Part shown: in pieces, positions 8,421 through 17,431 of the stretch
How the letters are laid out: each line of letters begins with the position of its first letter
Numbering within the stretch: the first letter of the stretch is position 1
Origin: Dehalococcoidia bacterium
Lineage (GTDB): Bacteria > Chloroflexota > Dehalococcoidia > Lucifugimonadales > UBA3495
DNA: 64,000 nt
Direction of reading: 5' to 3'
Assembly (NCBI GenBank): GCA_965204865.1
Contig: OZ242027.1
Location: 3,779,986 to 3,843,985 of the forward strand
The notes under the pieces: generated by a model
What the model was told of the DNA's origin: nothing
The model's database searches: none
The model's input: the letters and a program-made list of their open reading frames with translations, nothing else
Translations under genes and position numbers: made by a program

Positions 8421-9317
8421 CTACAACCCCGCGTACCACTCCGCGATGGCCGCGCCGATTTCGTGGGGCGAGTCTTCCTGGATGAAGTGAACGCCGGGGA
8501 CGGTTACCTCGCGCTGGTTGGGGAAGGCGCGGCAGAACTCACGTTGCGGGCCGGTTAGGATGGCGCCGGGTTCAGCGTTTATGAACAGCTTGGGCGTGGG
8601 GGTTTGCGACAGCCATTCAGCGTAGTCGGCGACGATTGCCACTACGTCGGGCGGCTCGCCATCGATGGGGATTTCGCGGGGCCAGGACAGCGTGGGGCGG
8701 CGCGACTCGCCGGGTTCGGTGTAGCGGCGGCGGTAGACCTCCATCGCCTCGTCGCTGATGCCGTTGATGGTGCTGCCCGGTAGGACGCGCTCGACGAAGA
8801 TGTTGCGCTCCAGCACCATGCTCTCGCCCGCCTCGGAGCGGAACCCTTGGAACACCTGCTTCGCCGCTTCCGGCCACTCGTCCCAGGTCACCGGGCGCAC
8901 GATGGCCTCCATGTATACCAGTCCGCGAATCCGTTCGGGATTGCGACGCGACCAGTGGAAGCCGAGGGCGGAACCCCAGTCGTGCACCACCAGCGTCACC
9001 GGGCCGTCGGGCAGCACGGCATCGAACCAGGCGTCCAGGTAACGGCTGTGGTCGGCGAAGCGGTACGAACCTTCGGGGGTGGCGTCAGACTCGCCCATGC
9101 CCATCAGGTCGGGAGCCAGGCAGCGGGCCAGCGGCGAGACGTAGGGGATGATGTTGCGCCACAGGTAGGACGACGTGGGGTTGCCATGCAGGAACACCAC
9201 CGCGCCGTCGGACGCGGCGGCAGGGCTGCCGGTGTCCACGTAGACCATCTCGACGCCACCAATGTCGGCGCGGTGGCGGGGGTGGGGGTCGTGGGGGGAG
9301 ATCGGAGTATCAGTCAA
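8421..9317 (-). CDS. haloalkane dehalogenase (HLD-II type alpha/beta hydrolase)
   Basis: VVFLHGNPTSSYLWRNIIPYV, Asp nucleophile in VVHDWGSALGF, and C-terminal HFIQEDSPHEIG. Confidence 0.9.
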   Translation of the reverse strand: MTDTPISPHDPHPRHRADIGGVEMVYVDTGSPAAASDGAVVFLHGNPTSSYLWRNIIPYVSPLARCLAPDLMGMGESDATPEGSYRFADHSRYLDAWFDAVLPDGPVTLVVHDWGSALGFHWSRRNPERIRGLVYMEAIVRPVTWDEWPEAAKQVFQGFRSEAGESMVLERNIFVERVLPGSTINGISDEAMEVYRRRYTEPGESRRPTLSWPREIPIDGEPPDVVAIVADYAEWLSQTPTPKLFINAEPGAILTGPQREFCRAFPNQREVTVPGVHFIQEDSPHEIGAAIAEWYAGL

Positions 9318-9328
9318 AGATGCACTCC

Positions 9329-9622
9329 CTAAAGCTTAAACCTGCTGATGTCAAACGATGCATGATAAACACCAAGAATAGTGACATCCCTGCTTTCATG
9401 CACCAAGTAAGGTATTTGATAGCCACCGTAAAGTATGACTCAAATGTGCCGGTCTGAGTCGTGGTAGCGATGGCCCATTTCGGGAAAGTCTGCCAGTGGA
9501 AGGACGCGTTGTCTAACGCCTTCAATCGTCCTTGAAGCGGCCCTTCGGTTATCTTCGGCGATGTACTGGAATATATCGTCCAAACAGAGCTGCGCTTCTA
9601 TGCTCCAAGTTATTCTGCCCAC
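9329..9622 (-). pseudogene. parE: ParE/RelE-family toxin interrupted by an in-frame TGA
   Basis: The N-terminal 60 aa (WSIEAQLCLDDIFQYIAEDNRRAA...FPEMGHRY) end at TGA 9440..9442. The same frame then continues as VILYGGYQIPYLVHESRDVTILGVYHASFDISRFKL to TAG 9329..9331. Confidence 0.8.
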
Positions 9623-9795
9623 GATTTGATTCGCTGCGCCATCTCTTCATCCGAGATAACGCGGCCTGTGTCGGCATCCGCCAAACCGCGCATGATCATG
9701 AGATGGAAGGCCAGAGCTCGTGAAATCTCCTCAAGGGTACTCTCTTCAGGCTGCCTTTCAATTAGCTTGATCAATTCTTCCTTGGGTGTCGACAT
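9610..9795 (-). CDS. putative antitoxin of the ParE module
   Basis: 61-aa ORF overlapping the parE start by 13 nt. It has a helical N-terminus and a GLADADTGRVISDEEMAQRIKSW tail, typical of small antitoxins. Confidence 0.55.
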   Translation of the reverse strand: MSTPKEELIKLIERQPEESTLEEISRALAFHLMIMRGLADADTGRVISDEEMAQRIKSWAE

Positions 9796-9883
9796 CCTCA
9801 AGGACCTCTACTCTCTTCTCACATACGGGCGTCCCGTTGGCTGTGGGATGCCCACGATCTTGCTCTCGCTGTTCGACTGGGAC

Positions 9884-11125
9884 TTACACCGCCACCGGCG
9901 CGGGGGCGTTGGGGTTGGCGACGCCTTCGGGCCACCAGCGGGTCTCGTAGCCCGGCCAGATGTCACGGACGTAGGGCATTACCTCGCGGGCGAATAGCTC
10001 GGTGTTCTTCATCGCCAGCTCCTTCGGCATATCGCCGAACTGGAGCAGCAGCATCAGGTTGCCCACCTTCAGCTCCTTGATGGCATGGGTCAGGTGTTCG
10101 CGCACTGTCTGCGGGCCGCCGACGATGACGTTGCCCGCCTCCAAGTAGTCGGTCCAGGTGAACTCCTTGAGCTGGTCTTCCCGCGACTGGGTGGTGGAGT
10201 TGGCTACCGTGGAGTTGTTGCTGCGCACCGAGCGGTAGCCGGGCGGGTTGCCGAAGCCGGAGTGGATGTGCAGGCACTTCTTGAAGAAGTACTCGATGGA
10301 CTCCTTGTATTCCTCGGCCTGTCCGTCGGTTTCGGAAACCGCCACCAGTTGCAGGAACCCGGCGTGGTAGGGGTTGAACTCCTTGCCCTGCCGGTCCATC
10401 TCTTCCCAGAACCCGTCCAGCACCGTCTTGCCCACCTTGTAGCCGGAGTAGCTGAGATAGCAGTAAACGTAGTCGTTGCGGATGGTCCAGTCCCAGGTCT
10501 CCAGGCTGCCGCTGCCCGGCACCCAGATGGGCGGGCGCGGCTGCTGGTAGGGGCGCGGCCAGATGTTGACGTACCGCTGCTGGTTGTACTTGCCGTTGAA
10601 GGAGAAAGGCTCGCGCTCGGTCCAGGCCTTCACCACTAGGTCGTGGGCTTCCTGGTACTTCTCGCGCAGCGTGATAGGCACCTGGCCGTAGCCGAATATG
10701 GTGTCCATGGCCGTGCCCAGCGGGAAACCGGCGATGAGCCGCCCGCCGCTGAGGACGTCCAGCATGGCGAACTCCTCGGCCACGCGGATGGGCGGGTTGT
10801 AGAGCGCCAGGCTGTTGCCCAGCACCACGATGGCGGCGTCGGACGTGTCGCGGGCCATGGCCGACGCCATCAGGTTGGGCGAGGGCATCAGGCCGTAGGC
10901 GTTGGCGTGGTGCTCGTTGACGCAGATGCCGTCGAAGCCCATGGCCTCTGCGAACTTCAACTCGTCGAGGTAGTCGGTATACAGCCGGTGGCCCTGGGCC
11001 GGATCAAACAGCGAGTTGGGCACATCAACCCATACGCTGTGGTAATCTTGTTCAAAGTTGGCGGGCAGCCCCTGGTAGGGCATAAGGTGGAAGAAACACA
11101 GCTTCATAACAACACGGTCCTTCAT
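9884..11125 (-). CDS. LLM-class (luciferase-like) flavin-dependent oxidoreductase
   Basis: MKLCFFHLMPY...FAEAMGFDGICVNEHH and the length fit this class. The start codon is uncertain (MKDRVVMKL). Confidence 0.85.
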   Translation of the reverse strand: MKDRVVMKLCFFHLMPYQGLPANFEQDYHSVWVDVPNSLFDPAQGHRLYTDYLDELKFAEAMGFDGICVNEHHANAYGLMPSPNLMASAMARDTSDAAIVVLGNSLALYNPPIRVAEEFAMLDVLSGGRLIAGFPLGTAMDTIFGYGQVPITLREKYQEAHDLVVKAWTEREPFSFNGKYNQQRYVNIWPRPYQQPRPPIWVPGSGSLETWDWTIRNDYVYCYLSYSGYKVGKTVLDGFWEEMDRQGKEFNPYHAGFLQLVAVSETDGQAEEYKESIEYFFKKCLHIHSGFGNPPGYRSVRSNNSTVANSTTQSREDQLKEFTWTDYLEAGNVIVGGPQTVREHLTHAIKELKVGNLMLLLQFGDMPKELAMKNTELFAREVMPYVRDIWPGYETRWWPEGVANPNAPAPVAV

Positions 11126-11218
11126 GGGGGGCGTTTCGCAGGATTTTACACTGTACGGGAAGGCCCCGCCACCGGGCGCAACCCGTAACACCAGAGTCTT
11201 TCGGTTCTCGGGGCAAAT

Positions 11219-11304
11219 GTCTGAACTGTGATTCGTATGATTATTGGATTAGTATGATTTCCTAATCATGGTAATCTTGGAATCAGAGAAATCACAGTTC
11301 AGAC
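11219..11304. repeat. Family C MITE-like element, copy C1
   Basis: GTCTGAACTGTGATT...AATCACAGTTCAGAC terminal inverted repeats. The interior consists of periodic TGATT/AATCA arms. Confidence 0.85.
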
Positions 11305-11330
11305 AAAGGACGAATGACGGGAGCAAAGCT

Positions 11331-12164
11331 ATGCCAAGCATCGAACAGCAAGTCGAGTTGGTAAAGACCCTGGTAAACGGCATCCGCGGCAATACCGCCG
11401 CGCTGACGCCGGAGCAGTTGGCCCGGCCCAGCGCCTGCGCCGACTGGCAGGTGCACGACGTGCTGAGCCACCTCATCGGCGGGGCCGAGCGGCAGGCCGA
11501 CAGTATGCGCCGGGGCCGGGCCGGGGATTCCGGGCCCGCGCCGGGCTTCACGCCGATGGACAGCACGGCGATGTCGGCCACCAACGCCCAGCGCGACATT
11601 CAGCGCCGGGAGCAGTTGGGCGACGGCCTGCTTTCGGCCTTCGATACCGCCTACGCCAGCCTGCAAGAGCAGATTGACGCCCTCGGCCCCAACGACTGGG
11701 AAACACCCTGCTGGCACCTGCGCCGGGGAGACATTTCCGCCGCCGACTACCTGGAGCTTCGCATCCAGGAGCTGGCCATCCACGACTGGGATATGCGGCA
11801 CGGGCTGGAGGACTCCCCGCAGCTCAACGCCGACTGCGTCTCCACCCTGCTGAGCGCCACCCCCAAGTGGCTGGGTATGTGCTTCCGCCCCGGCGAAAAG
11901 CTGGATGCGCCCGCGGTCTACGAGTTCGACCTGGCCCCGCCCCACGAGACCAGCATCATCGTCCGGGTGGCGGGCGACAGCTTCGACTTCCCGACGGAGG
12001 ATGAAGCCCCGGAGCGCTGGACGGTATGCGCCGAAGCCCCGGCCTTCCTGCTGTTCATCTACGGACGTATTACCGGACGGGAGGCCATCGCCGCCAACGA
12101 GTTCGCCATCACAGGGGATCCTGCTCTACTGGATCGTTTCGAGAGCTGGTTCCGGGGAGTATGA
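11331..12164 (+). CDS. maleylpyruvate isomerase-family mycothiol-dependent enzyme (DinB/MDMPI_N plus SCP2-like C-terminus)
   Basis: LTPEQLARPSACADWQVHDVLSHLIGG, and C-terminal ITGDPALLDRF. Confidence 0.8.
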   Translation: MPSIEQQVELVKTLVNGIRGNTAALTPEQLARPSACADWQVHDVLSHLIGGAERQADSMRRGRAGDSGPAPGFTPMDSTAMSATNAQRDIQRREQLGDGLLSAFDTAYASLQEQIDALGPNDWETPCWHLRRGDISAADYLELRIQELAIHDWDMRHGLEDSPQLNADCVSTLLSATPKWLGMCFRPGEKLDAPAVYEFDLAPPHETSIIVRVAGDSFDFPTEDEAPERWTVCAEAPAFLLFIYGRITGREAIAANEFAITGDPALLDRFESWFRGV

Positions 12165-12185
12165 TTAGGTTACCCCGACATTTTT

Positions 12186-12283
12186 CGTCATTCCAGAAGC
12201 CCGTCATTCCCGCGAAGGCGGGAATCCAAACCCCCGTCGCCGGTTGATTGCGCCACCTAATTCGGAACGCTGCCGAATGACGG
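12186..12283. repeat. Family A variant (CCGTCATTCCCGCGAAGGCGGGAATCCAAACCCCCGTCGCC...CCACCTAATTC)
   Basis: About 70 bp are shared with 62910..62987. Confidence 0.8.
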
Positions 12284-12298
12284 GAGGGAGTTGATACT

Positions 12299-13423
12299 TT
12301 GAGAAACGCCGCCAAAGACGTTGTAGTCATCGGCGCGGGCATTATTGGCAGTATGAGCAGCTACCTGCTGTCCAAGCAGGGACTGAGCGTTACCGTTGTG
12401 GACGCCGATACCCCGGGCAGCCACGCCTCCGGGCTCGCCTTTGGCGGTCTGGACCCTCTGCATGGCATGGGGTTGCCGGAGCCGCTGCTGGATTTCAGCC
12501 TCCACTGCTTCCAGCGTCACCAGGACATGGCGAGGGAACTGTATGGCGCAACGGGAATAGACCATCACTTCCAGACCCGCGACCGTCTGTACCTGGCCTT
12601 TGATGAGGAGGACATCAGGGAGTATGACACCAACCTGTCGTGGATGAAGGACGTTTCGATGTTTGACGTCGGCTGGGTGGACGGCGACGCCGCCCGCCGA
12701 CTGGAGCCGAAGGTGAACCCTGCCTGCGTCGGCGCCCTCTACCAGCAGGGAGCGGCCTCGGTGGACGCCTACAACCTGACCCTGGCCGCCGCCCGCGCCG
12801 CCGAGCGTCATGGGACGGAGCTGGTGACGCAGCGGGCCACGGGCATCGAGCACCATGGCGGCCGGGTCAACGCAGTCACCTTCGCAGACGGCAAGGTAGC
12901 AGCCGGAGCGGTGATCATCGCCATGGGGCCGTGGTCGCAACTGGTGGCCGACTGGTGTGGCATTGAACTCCCGGTGCAGCCCCTGAAAGGCCAGATTCTG
13001 CGATTGCGCTACGACGGGCCAGCCTTCGACGTTGCCTTGAACTATCGTGGCAACTACGCCGATAGCAAACCCGACGGGCTGGTATGGACCGGCTCCACGG
13101 AGGAAGAGGCAGGCTTCGACGCTGAGACGACCTCGGCGGCCCGCGACATCATCCGGCAGAACGCCGCCCAGATGGCCCCGGACCTGGCCAACGCCCAACT
13201 GATGCAGCACACCGCCTGCCTGCGCCCGGTAACGCCCGACGGAATCCCCATCGTGGACCGGCTGCCGGGCTGGGACAACCTCTACGTCGCCACCGGCGCG
13301 GGCCGCAAGGGCATCCTCTGGAGCACCGGGATGTGCGACATCATCACCGACATGGTGATGCAGGATGGCGCCGAAGTGGCTGGGGCGGAGCACTTGAAGG
13401 CCGACCGTTTCGCCAGAGTTTGA
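12299..13423 (+). CDS. FAD-dependent oxidoreductase (DAO / glycine-sarcosine oxidase-like)
   Basis: VVVIGAGIIGSMSSYLLSKQGLSVTVVD Rossmann motif. TTG start. Confidence 0.85.
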   Translation: MRNAAKDVVVIGAGIIGSMSSYLLSKQGLSVTVVDADTPGSHASGLAFGGLDPLHGMGLPEPLLDFSLHCFQRHQDMARELYGATGIDHHFQTRDRLYLAFDEEDIREYDTNLSWMKDVSMFDVGWVDGDAARRLEPKVNPACVGALYQQGAASVDAYNLTLAAARAAERHGTELVTQRATGIEHHGGRVNAVTFADGKVAAGAVIIAMGPWSQLVADWCGIELPVQPLKGQILRLRYDGPAFDVALNYRGNYADSKPDGLVWTGSTEEEAGFDAETTSAARDIIRQNAAQMAPDLANAQLMQHTACLRPVTPDGIPIVDRLPGWDNLYVATGAGRKGILWSTGMCDIITDMVMQDGAEVAGAEHLKADRFARV

Positions 13424-13445
13424 GAGGCTGTGTGACAATGGGGTT

Positions 13446-13507
13446 TTCACCCCCATCCCTTCGGCAAGCTCAGGACAAGCCTAACCTTCCCCCTCAAGGG
13501 GGAAGGG
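13446..13507. repeat. Family D' repeat with a family E unit nested inside
   Basis: The TTCACCCCC...CTAACCTTCCCCCTCAAGGGGGAAGGG framework is interrupted by CCCTTCGGCAAGCTCAGGACAAGC. Confidence 0.85.
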
Positions 13508-13530
13508 ACTAAGTTGCCGTTGCGCCCAGG

Positions 13531-14235
13531 TCAGAGCACGTAGCGGCGCAGGACGTGTTTTCGCGCCACCAGCAACCCGTCCTCCCGGCTGATGCGCATG
13601 GCGAAGTCGTAGCGGTCAACCTCCAGAGCGAGGGCCACATCCTCCGGGTGATACTGCGGCTGCTTGTCGTCAAAGAACTTCTGGGTTGCGCCGCCGGTCA
13701 TTATCAGCGACTTGACGGCGTCGAAGTCGGGCTTGCGGCCTTCGATGATGTTGCGTAGGTAGATGCCGCACTGCTCGTCCTCGTCGGAGCGCACCCGGCC
13801 CTGGTCGCCCATGGCGATGATGGACAGCACGTCGGGCCGCTGGCGGCGGACGGCGTCGGTGGTGGCCTGGGCCACCACGAAGGAGCCGAGGTAGATGACA
13901 TCGGCGTTGAGGGCGGCGGCCACTCCCACGGTTCCGGCGCGGGTGGACTGCACCAGGCTTTTGCCTTCGACGTCGGCCTGCGAAATCTCATAGGGCGAGT
14001 TGCCGAAGTCGAACCCCTCGGGCCGCTTGCCGTCCACCTCGCCCATCAGCAGGTCGCCGACGCCGCTGCGGTGCAGTTCCAGCGCATCCTCCGCTTCCGC
14101 TACCAGCGTTATCTGCGTCGCCCCCCGGTCGAAGGCGATGGCGGCGGTGGTGAAGGCCCGGAATACGTCTATGACGATGGCCGTGCCGGTGGCTTCCCGG
14201 GCATCGCGCACCAGGCTGCCCATGCGTATTTCCAT
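13531..14235 (-). CDS. comB: 2-phosphosulfolactate phosphatase family protein (ComB-like)
   Basis: VIDVFRAFTTAAIAF and GEVDGKRPEGFDFGNSPYE signature motifs. Confidence 0.75.
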   Translation of the reverse strand: MEIRMGSLVRDAREATGTAIVIDVFRAFTTAAIAFDRGATQITLVAEAEDALELHRSGVGDLLMGEVDGKRPEGFDFGNSPYEISQADVEGKSLVQSTRAGTVGVAAALNADVIYLGSFVVAQATTDAVRRQRPDVLSIIAMGDQGRVRSDEDEQCGIYLRNIIEGRKPDFDAVKSLIMTGGATQKFFDDKQPQYHPEDVALALEVDRYDFAMRISREDGLLVARKHVLRRYVL

Positions 14236-14269
14236 TTAGTGCCTCGAAGTAGATTTGTGTTCTCGCCGT

Positions 14270-14674
14270 CTAGCTGGCCTGCCCGGTGAGTGGCTCAAGT
14301 ACGTCCAGCAGCTCTGCCGCAGCCTCCAACTCTCGCCTGATTATATTGGTGTTAAGAAACTGCTTGCGGGTGTAGTAGTTTCGGTGCAAGCCGTTGGCGA
14401 TTTCGCGCAGGGCCAGCAGGCGGTCATTGCCGGTCATAAGAAGCACATTGTTCAAGACAACATTGAAGTGCGCGTGCTGGTCATATTCCCGGTTCTGAGC
14501 CACTGCCACAGCCTTCGTCATCCACGCGGCTGCGCCCCACCCTTTTTCAGACGCTTGATGCAGGTCACCAGCGGCAAGGTATTCCTGGCTTTCCGCCAGG
14601 AAATCTCGTGCCTGCTGTTTGTAGTCGTCAATGGCCTCCGGGTCGGGAGGCTCGTTGATTGGTGGCTGAGCCAT
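14270..14674 (-). CDS. PaREP1/HEPN-like helical protein
   Basis: AESQEYLAAGDLHQASEKGWGAAAWMTKAVA resembles PaREP1-family helices. Low-GC islet with no partner gene. Confidence 0.5.
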   Translation of the reverse strand: MAQPPINEPPDPEAIDDYKQQARDFLAESQEYLAAGDLHQASEKGWGAAAWMTKAVAVAQNREYDQHAHFNVVLNNVLLMTGNDRLLALREIANGLHRNYYTRKQFLNTNIIRRELEAAAELLDVLEPLTGQAS

Positions 14675-14680
14675 GGCAAT

Positions 14681-15631
14681 TTATCCTATCTTGGTCAGCT
14701 TTTGCAGTGACCGTATCTCGCGGGGCGGGTTGAGGTGGCTGCCGGTGTGCGTCCACGACACCTCGCCGACGAAGATGTCGCCCCGAGAGTTGATGCAGAC
14801 GCCGTGGGGGGCGATGAAATGCCCCGGCTCTTCGCTCTCGGGAGCGTCGCCCAGCCGCGCCAGCACGTTGCCCGCTACGTCGTGGATGCCGACGCGGGGG
14901 CCGAGGCCGTAGGCTTGGGAGTTGGGGCCGATGGCGACGCCCAGCTCGCCGACGTAGACCTTCTGGTCGCCGCTCTGGTCTATGTACAGGCCGCAGGGGC
15001 GGGCCATGTTCTTCCACTGGGTCTCGAACTTGCCGTTCTTGTCGAAGACCTGGATGCGCTGGTTCTCGCGGTCGGCCACGTAGACCCAGCCGTCCTTGTC
15101 GGTGCAGACGTTGTGGGCGATGTTGAACTGCCCCTCGCCGGTGCCCGACTCGCCCCACGAGAACAGCAGCTTGCCCTCGGGGTCGTACTTGTGGACGCGG
15201 GCGTTGCCGTAGCCGTCGGACACGTAGAACTCGGCGGTCTGGGGGTCGATGGCGACGTGGGTGCAGCGGTTGAAGGGGTCGCCGCTCATGAAGGGCGCAG
15301 GCGTGCCGGGGATGCCGAGGGTGAACAGCACGGCGCCGTCCAGGTTGCACTTGCGGACGGTGTGGTCGCCGTCGTCGGTCAGGAAGATGGTGTCGTCGGG
15401 ACTCATGGTGATGCCGTGGGCCCGGGGATACAGCCCCTCACCCCAGGAGCGCAGGAAGTTGCCCTCGGCGTCGAACACGATTACCGGATGCTCGCCGCGA
15501 TTGAACACGTACACGTTGTCGTTGGCGTCGCAGCCAACGGCGGCGCACTCCTTGAACCCCCACCCGTCGGGCAGCTTGCCCCATCCCTCGGCAACCTCGT
15601 ACTTGTACTGGCCTTCACCCAATACCACCAT
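14681..15631 (-). CDS. NHL-repeat beta-propeller, peptidyl-alpha-hydroxyglycine amidating lyase-like
   Basis: Repeated D-x-x-G-x-VYVADRxNxRIQVF-type blades. No signal peptide. Confidence 0.8.
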   Translation of the reverse strand: MVVLGEGQYKYEVAEGWGKLPDGWGFKECAAVGCDANDNVYVFNRGEHPVIVFDAEGNFLRSWGEGLYPRAHGITMSPDDTIFLTDDGDHTVRKCNLDGAVLFTLGIPGTPAPFMSGDPFNRCTHVAIDPQTAEFYVSDGYGNARVHKYDPEGKLLFSWGESGTGEGQFNIAHNVCTDKDGWVYVADRENQRIQVFDKNGKFETQWKNMARPCGLYIDQSGDQKVYVGELGVAIGPNSQAYGLGPRVGIHDVAGNVLARLGDAPESEEPGHFIAPHGVCINSRGDIFVGEVSWTHTGSHLNPPREIRSLQKLTKIG

Positions 15632-15698
15632 TACATCGCCTCTCGCATTTCGGATTCTGGTTGTGTTGCCTGTGGACTCGGCTGGAATTGCCGGTCCT

Positions 15699-16277
15699 TT
15701 ACAGCTCCCGGAAGGTCGTGTAGCCCGCCGAGCCTGGAGCGTCAGGCTTGTCGTCGTCCGGGCCGGTGGGCCCGCCGCGGCGGGCCTTGGCGTTCCAATC
15801 CTCGATATGTACCTCCACCAAGGCCGTGACGCCCAAGTCGGAGGTTGGCGGCGGATTGTAGTCGCGCTCCAGCAGGCGGTCGGGGAAGTAGCGCTGCACC
15901 ATTTGGTCGAAGAGCGCGAACTTCTCGTCGTGGTCGGTCACCTCACGGGCGGTGCCGAACAGCACCACGCTCCGGTAGTTCATCGAGTGGTTCATCGCCT
16001 TGCGCGAGTACACCAACCCATCGGTCAGGGTAACGGTGACGCACACCGGCGAGCCGCTGGCCAACAGTTCCAGCGCGCGGCTGCGAATGGAGCCGTGCAG
16101 GTAGAGCCGGTCGGGCTGCTCGCTGTCGTAGTGGTACGAAAGGGGTATCACATAGGGCAAGCCGTTCTCGATAAATCCCACGTGGGCCACCAGCCCGGCG
16201 CTCAGGATTTCCGCCGTTTCTTCGGGCACGGCCCGCTCCGGGTGGTTCTTGATTCGGCTACGCTCGCTGATTTGCAA
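15699..16277 (-). CDS. pyridoxamine 5'-phosphate oxidase family FMN-binding protein
   Basis: AEILSAGLVAHVGFIENGLPYVIPLSYHYD and LYLHGS motifs. Confidence 0.8.
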   Translation of the reverse strand: MQISERSRIKNHPERAVPEETAEILSAGLVAHVGFIENGLPYVIPLSYHYDSEQPDRLYLHGSIRSRALELLASGSPVCVTVTLTDGLVYSRKAMNHSMNYRSVVLFGTAREVTDHDEKFALFDQMVQRYFPDRLLERDYNPPPTSDLGVTALVEVHIEDWNAKARRGGPTGPDDDKPDAPGSAGYTTFREL

Positions 16278-16443
16278 CTCTTTTAACCTCGACTCGCGTC
16301 AGCAATGTCCCGGCCTCTCCACTGCTGACTCAGTATCAATTATCAGGCTGCCTGCGATTTTAGCACGGCAGCCGTCGGCTGCGACGCAATTTGCCAGCCC
16401 CGACGCCCGGTTGCTAAGATGGCGGTAACACGACTATGAAAAT

Positions 16444-16479
16444 CCCCTCTCCCTCTGGGAGAGGGTTAAGGGCGAGGGC
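16444..16479. repeat. Family D hairpin repeat
   Basis: CCCCTCTCCCTCTGGGAGAGGGTTAAGGGCGAGGGC, ending 9 nt before the chdC start codon. Confidence 0.9.
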
Positions 16480-16488
16480 GTTTCTTTT

Positions 16489-17232
16489 ATGCCGCATCAC
16501 GAGGAACAGCAGTCCCGGCGCGATTTCGTCAAGTACACTTTCTTCAAGGTTGACCCGAAGTGGCGGACGCCTGCCAGGTACGATTTCGTTGGCCCGGAAA
16601 TCTCGGAAAACCGGCCCAGCCCGGCCAAGATGAAGGCCGAGTTCGCCGCCGTTCTCAATGAGTTCTCCGACCGGGTGGACGTTTCCAGCTACAGCCTGGT
16701 GGGGACTCGGGGCGACGCCGACATGATGCTGTGGATGGTCAGCCCCACGCTGGAGGCCATCAACGAACTGGCGGCCCAGCTCAACCGCACGGCGCTGGCT
16801 CCCTTCCTCTCGACGCCCTACTCCTACCTAGCGATGACCCGCCGCTCTCCCTACGTGGTCAACCACCGGCACGAGGGGCAGGAAGGAACGTCGTCCACCA
16901 TGCGCATGGTGGGGCGCAAGTACCTGTTCGTCTATCCCTTCGTCAAGACCCACGACTGGTATCAGCTCCCCAAGGAAGAGCGGCAGGAACTGATGAACGA
17001 GCACTTCGTCATCGGCCACAAGTACCCGGACGTGAAAATCAGCACGGCCTACTCCTTCGGACTGGACGACCAAGAGTTCGTGCTGGGATTCGAGACCGAC
17101 GACCCGTCCAACTTCCTGGACCTGGTGATGGAGCTGCGGGAGTCCAAGGCCCGGCCCTACACGCTGCTGGACACGCCCATATTCTCCTGCCTCAGCAAGC
17201 CGATTGCGGCCTGCCTGGACGATCTGGGGTAG
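16489..17232 (+). CDS. chdC: chlorite dismutase family protein / coproheme decarboxylase (HemQ/ChdC)
   Basis: FVKYTFFKVDPKWR and YLFVYPFVKTHDWYQLPKEERQELMNEH. Confidence 0.85.
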   Translation: MPHHEEQQSRRDFVKYTFFKVDPKWRTPARYDFVGPEISENRPSPAKMKAEFAAVLNEFSDRVDVSSYSLVGTRGDADMMLWMVSPTLEAINELAAQLNRTALAPFLSTPYSYLAMTRRSPYVVNHRHEGQEGTSSTMRMVGRKYLFVYPFVKTHDWYQLPKEERQELMNEHFVIGHKYPDVKISTAYSFGLDDQEFVLGFETDDPSNFLDLVMELRESKARPYTLLDTPIFSCLSKPIAACLDDLG

Positions 17233-17241
17233 GCTGATTTT

Positions 17242-17338
17242 CCGTCATTCCGGCTTTCGCCGGAATCTATACGCTGACACCGCCGGGCCGTCGGCTTTCC
17301 CAAGTTCCTCTGGATTCCGGCTTTCGCCGGAATGACGG
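17242..17338. repeat. Family A paired inverted-repeat element
   Basis: CCGTCATTCCGGCTTTCGCCGGAATC at 17242, and CTGGATTCCGGCTTTCGCCGGAATGACGG at 17310. Confidence 0.85.
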
Positions 17339-17431
17339 CATCGGCGCGACTCGACAGAGCAATAGTTTTAGGGGCGGGCAATACACACCCGCCCCTATAT
17401 TGTCGCTGGGGAAACCGGGGAATATCGAGAA

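Noticed and set aside
9440-9442. In-frame TGA in parE as selenocysteine or programmed read-through
   Set aside because: ParE toxins are not selenoproteins, and no SECIS-like hairpin is evident immediately downstream. A CGA-to-TGA nonsense mutation is the simpler explanation.
12257-13456. 399-aa ORF antisense to the FAD oxidoreductase. Similar cases occur at 24583..25614 and 34111..35301.
   Set aside because: Shadow ORFs. The opposite strand carries recognisable Rossmann, 5-FCL and SBP motifs.
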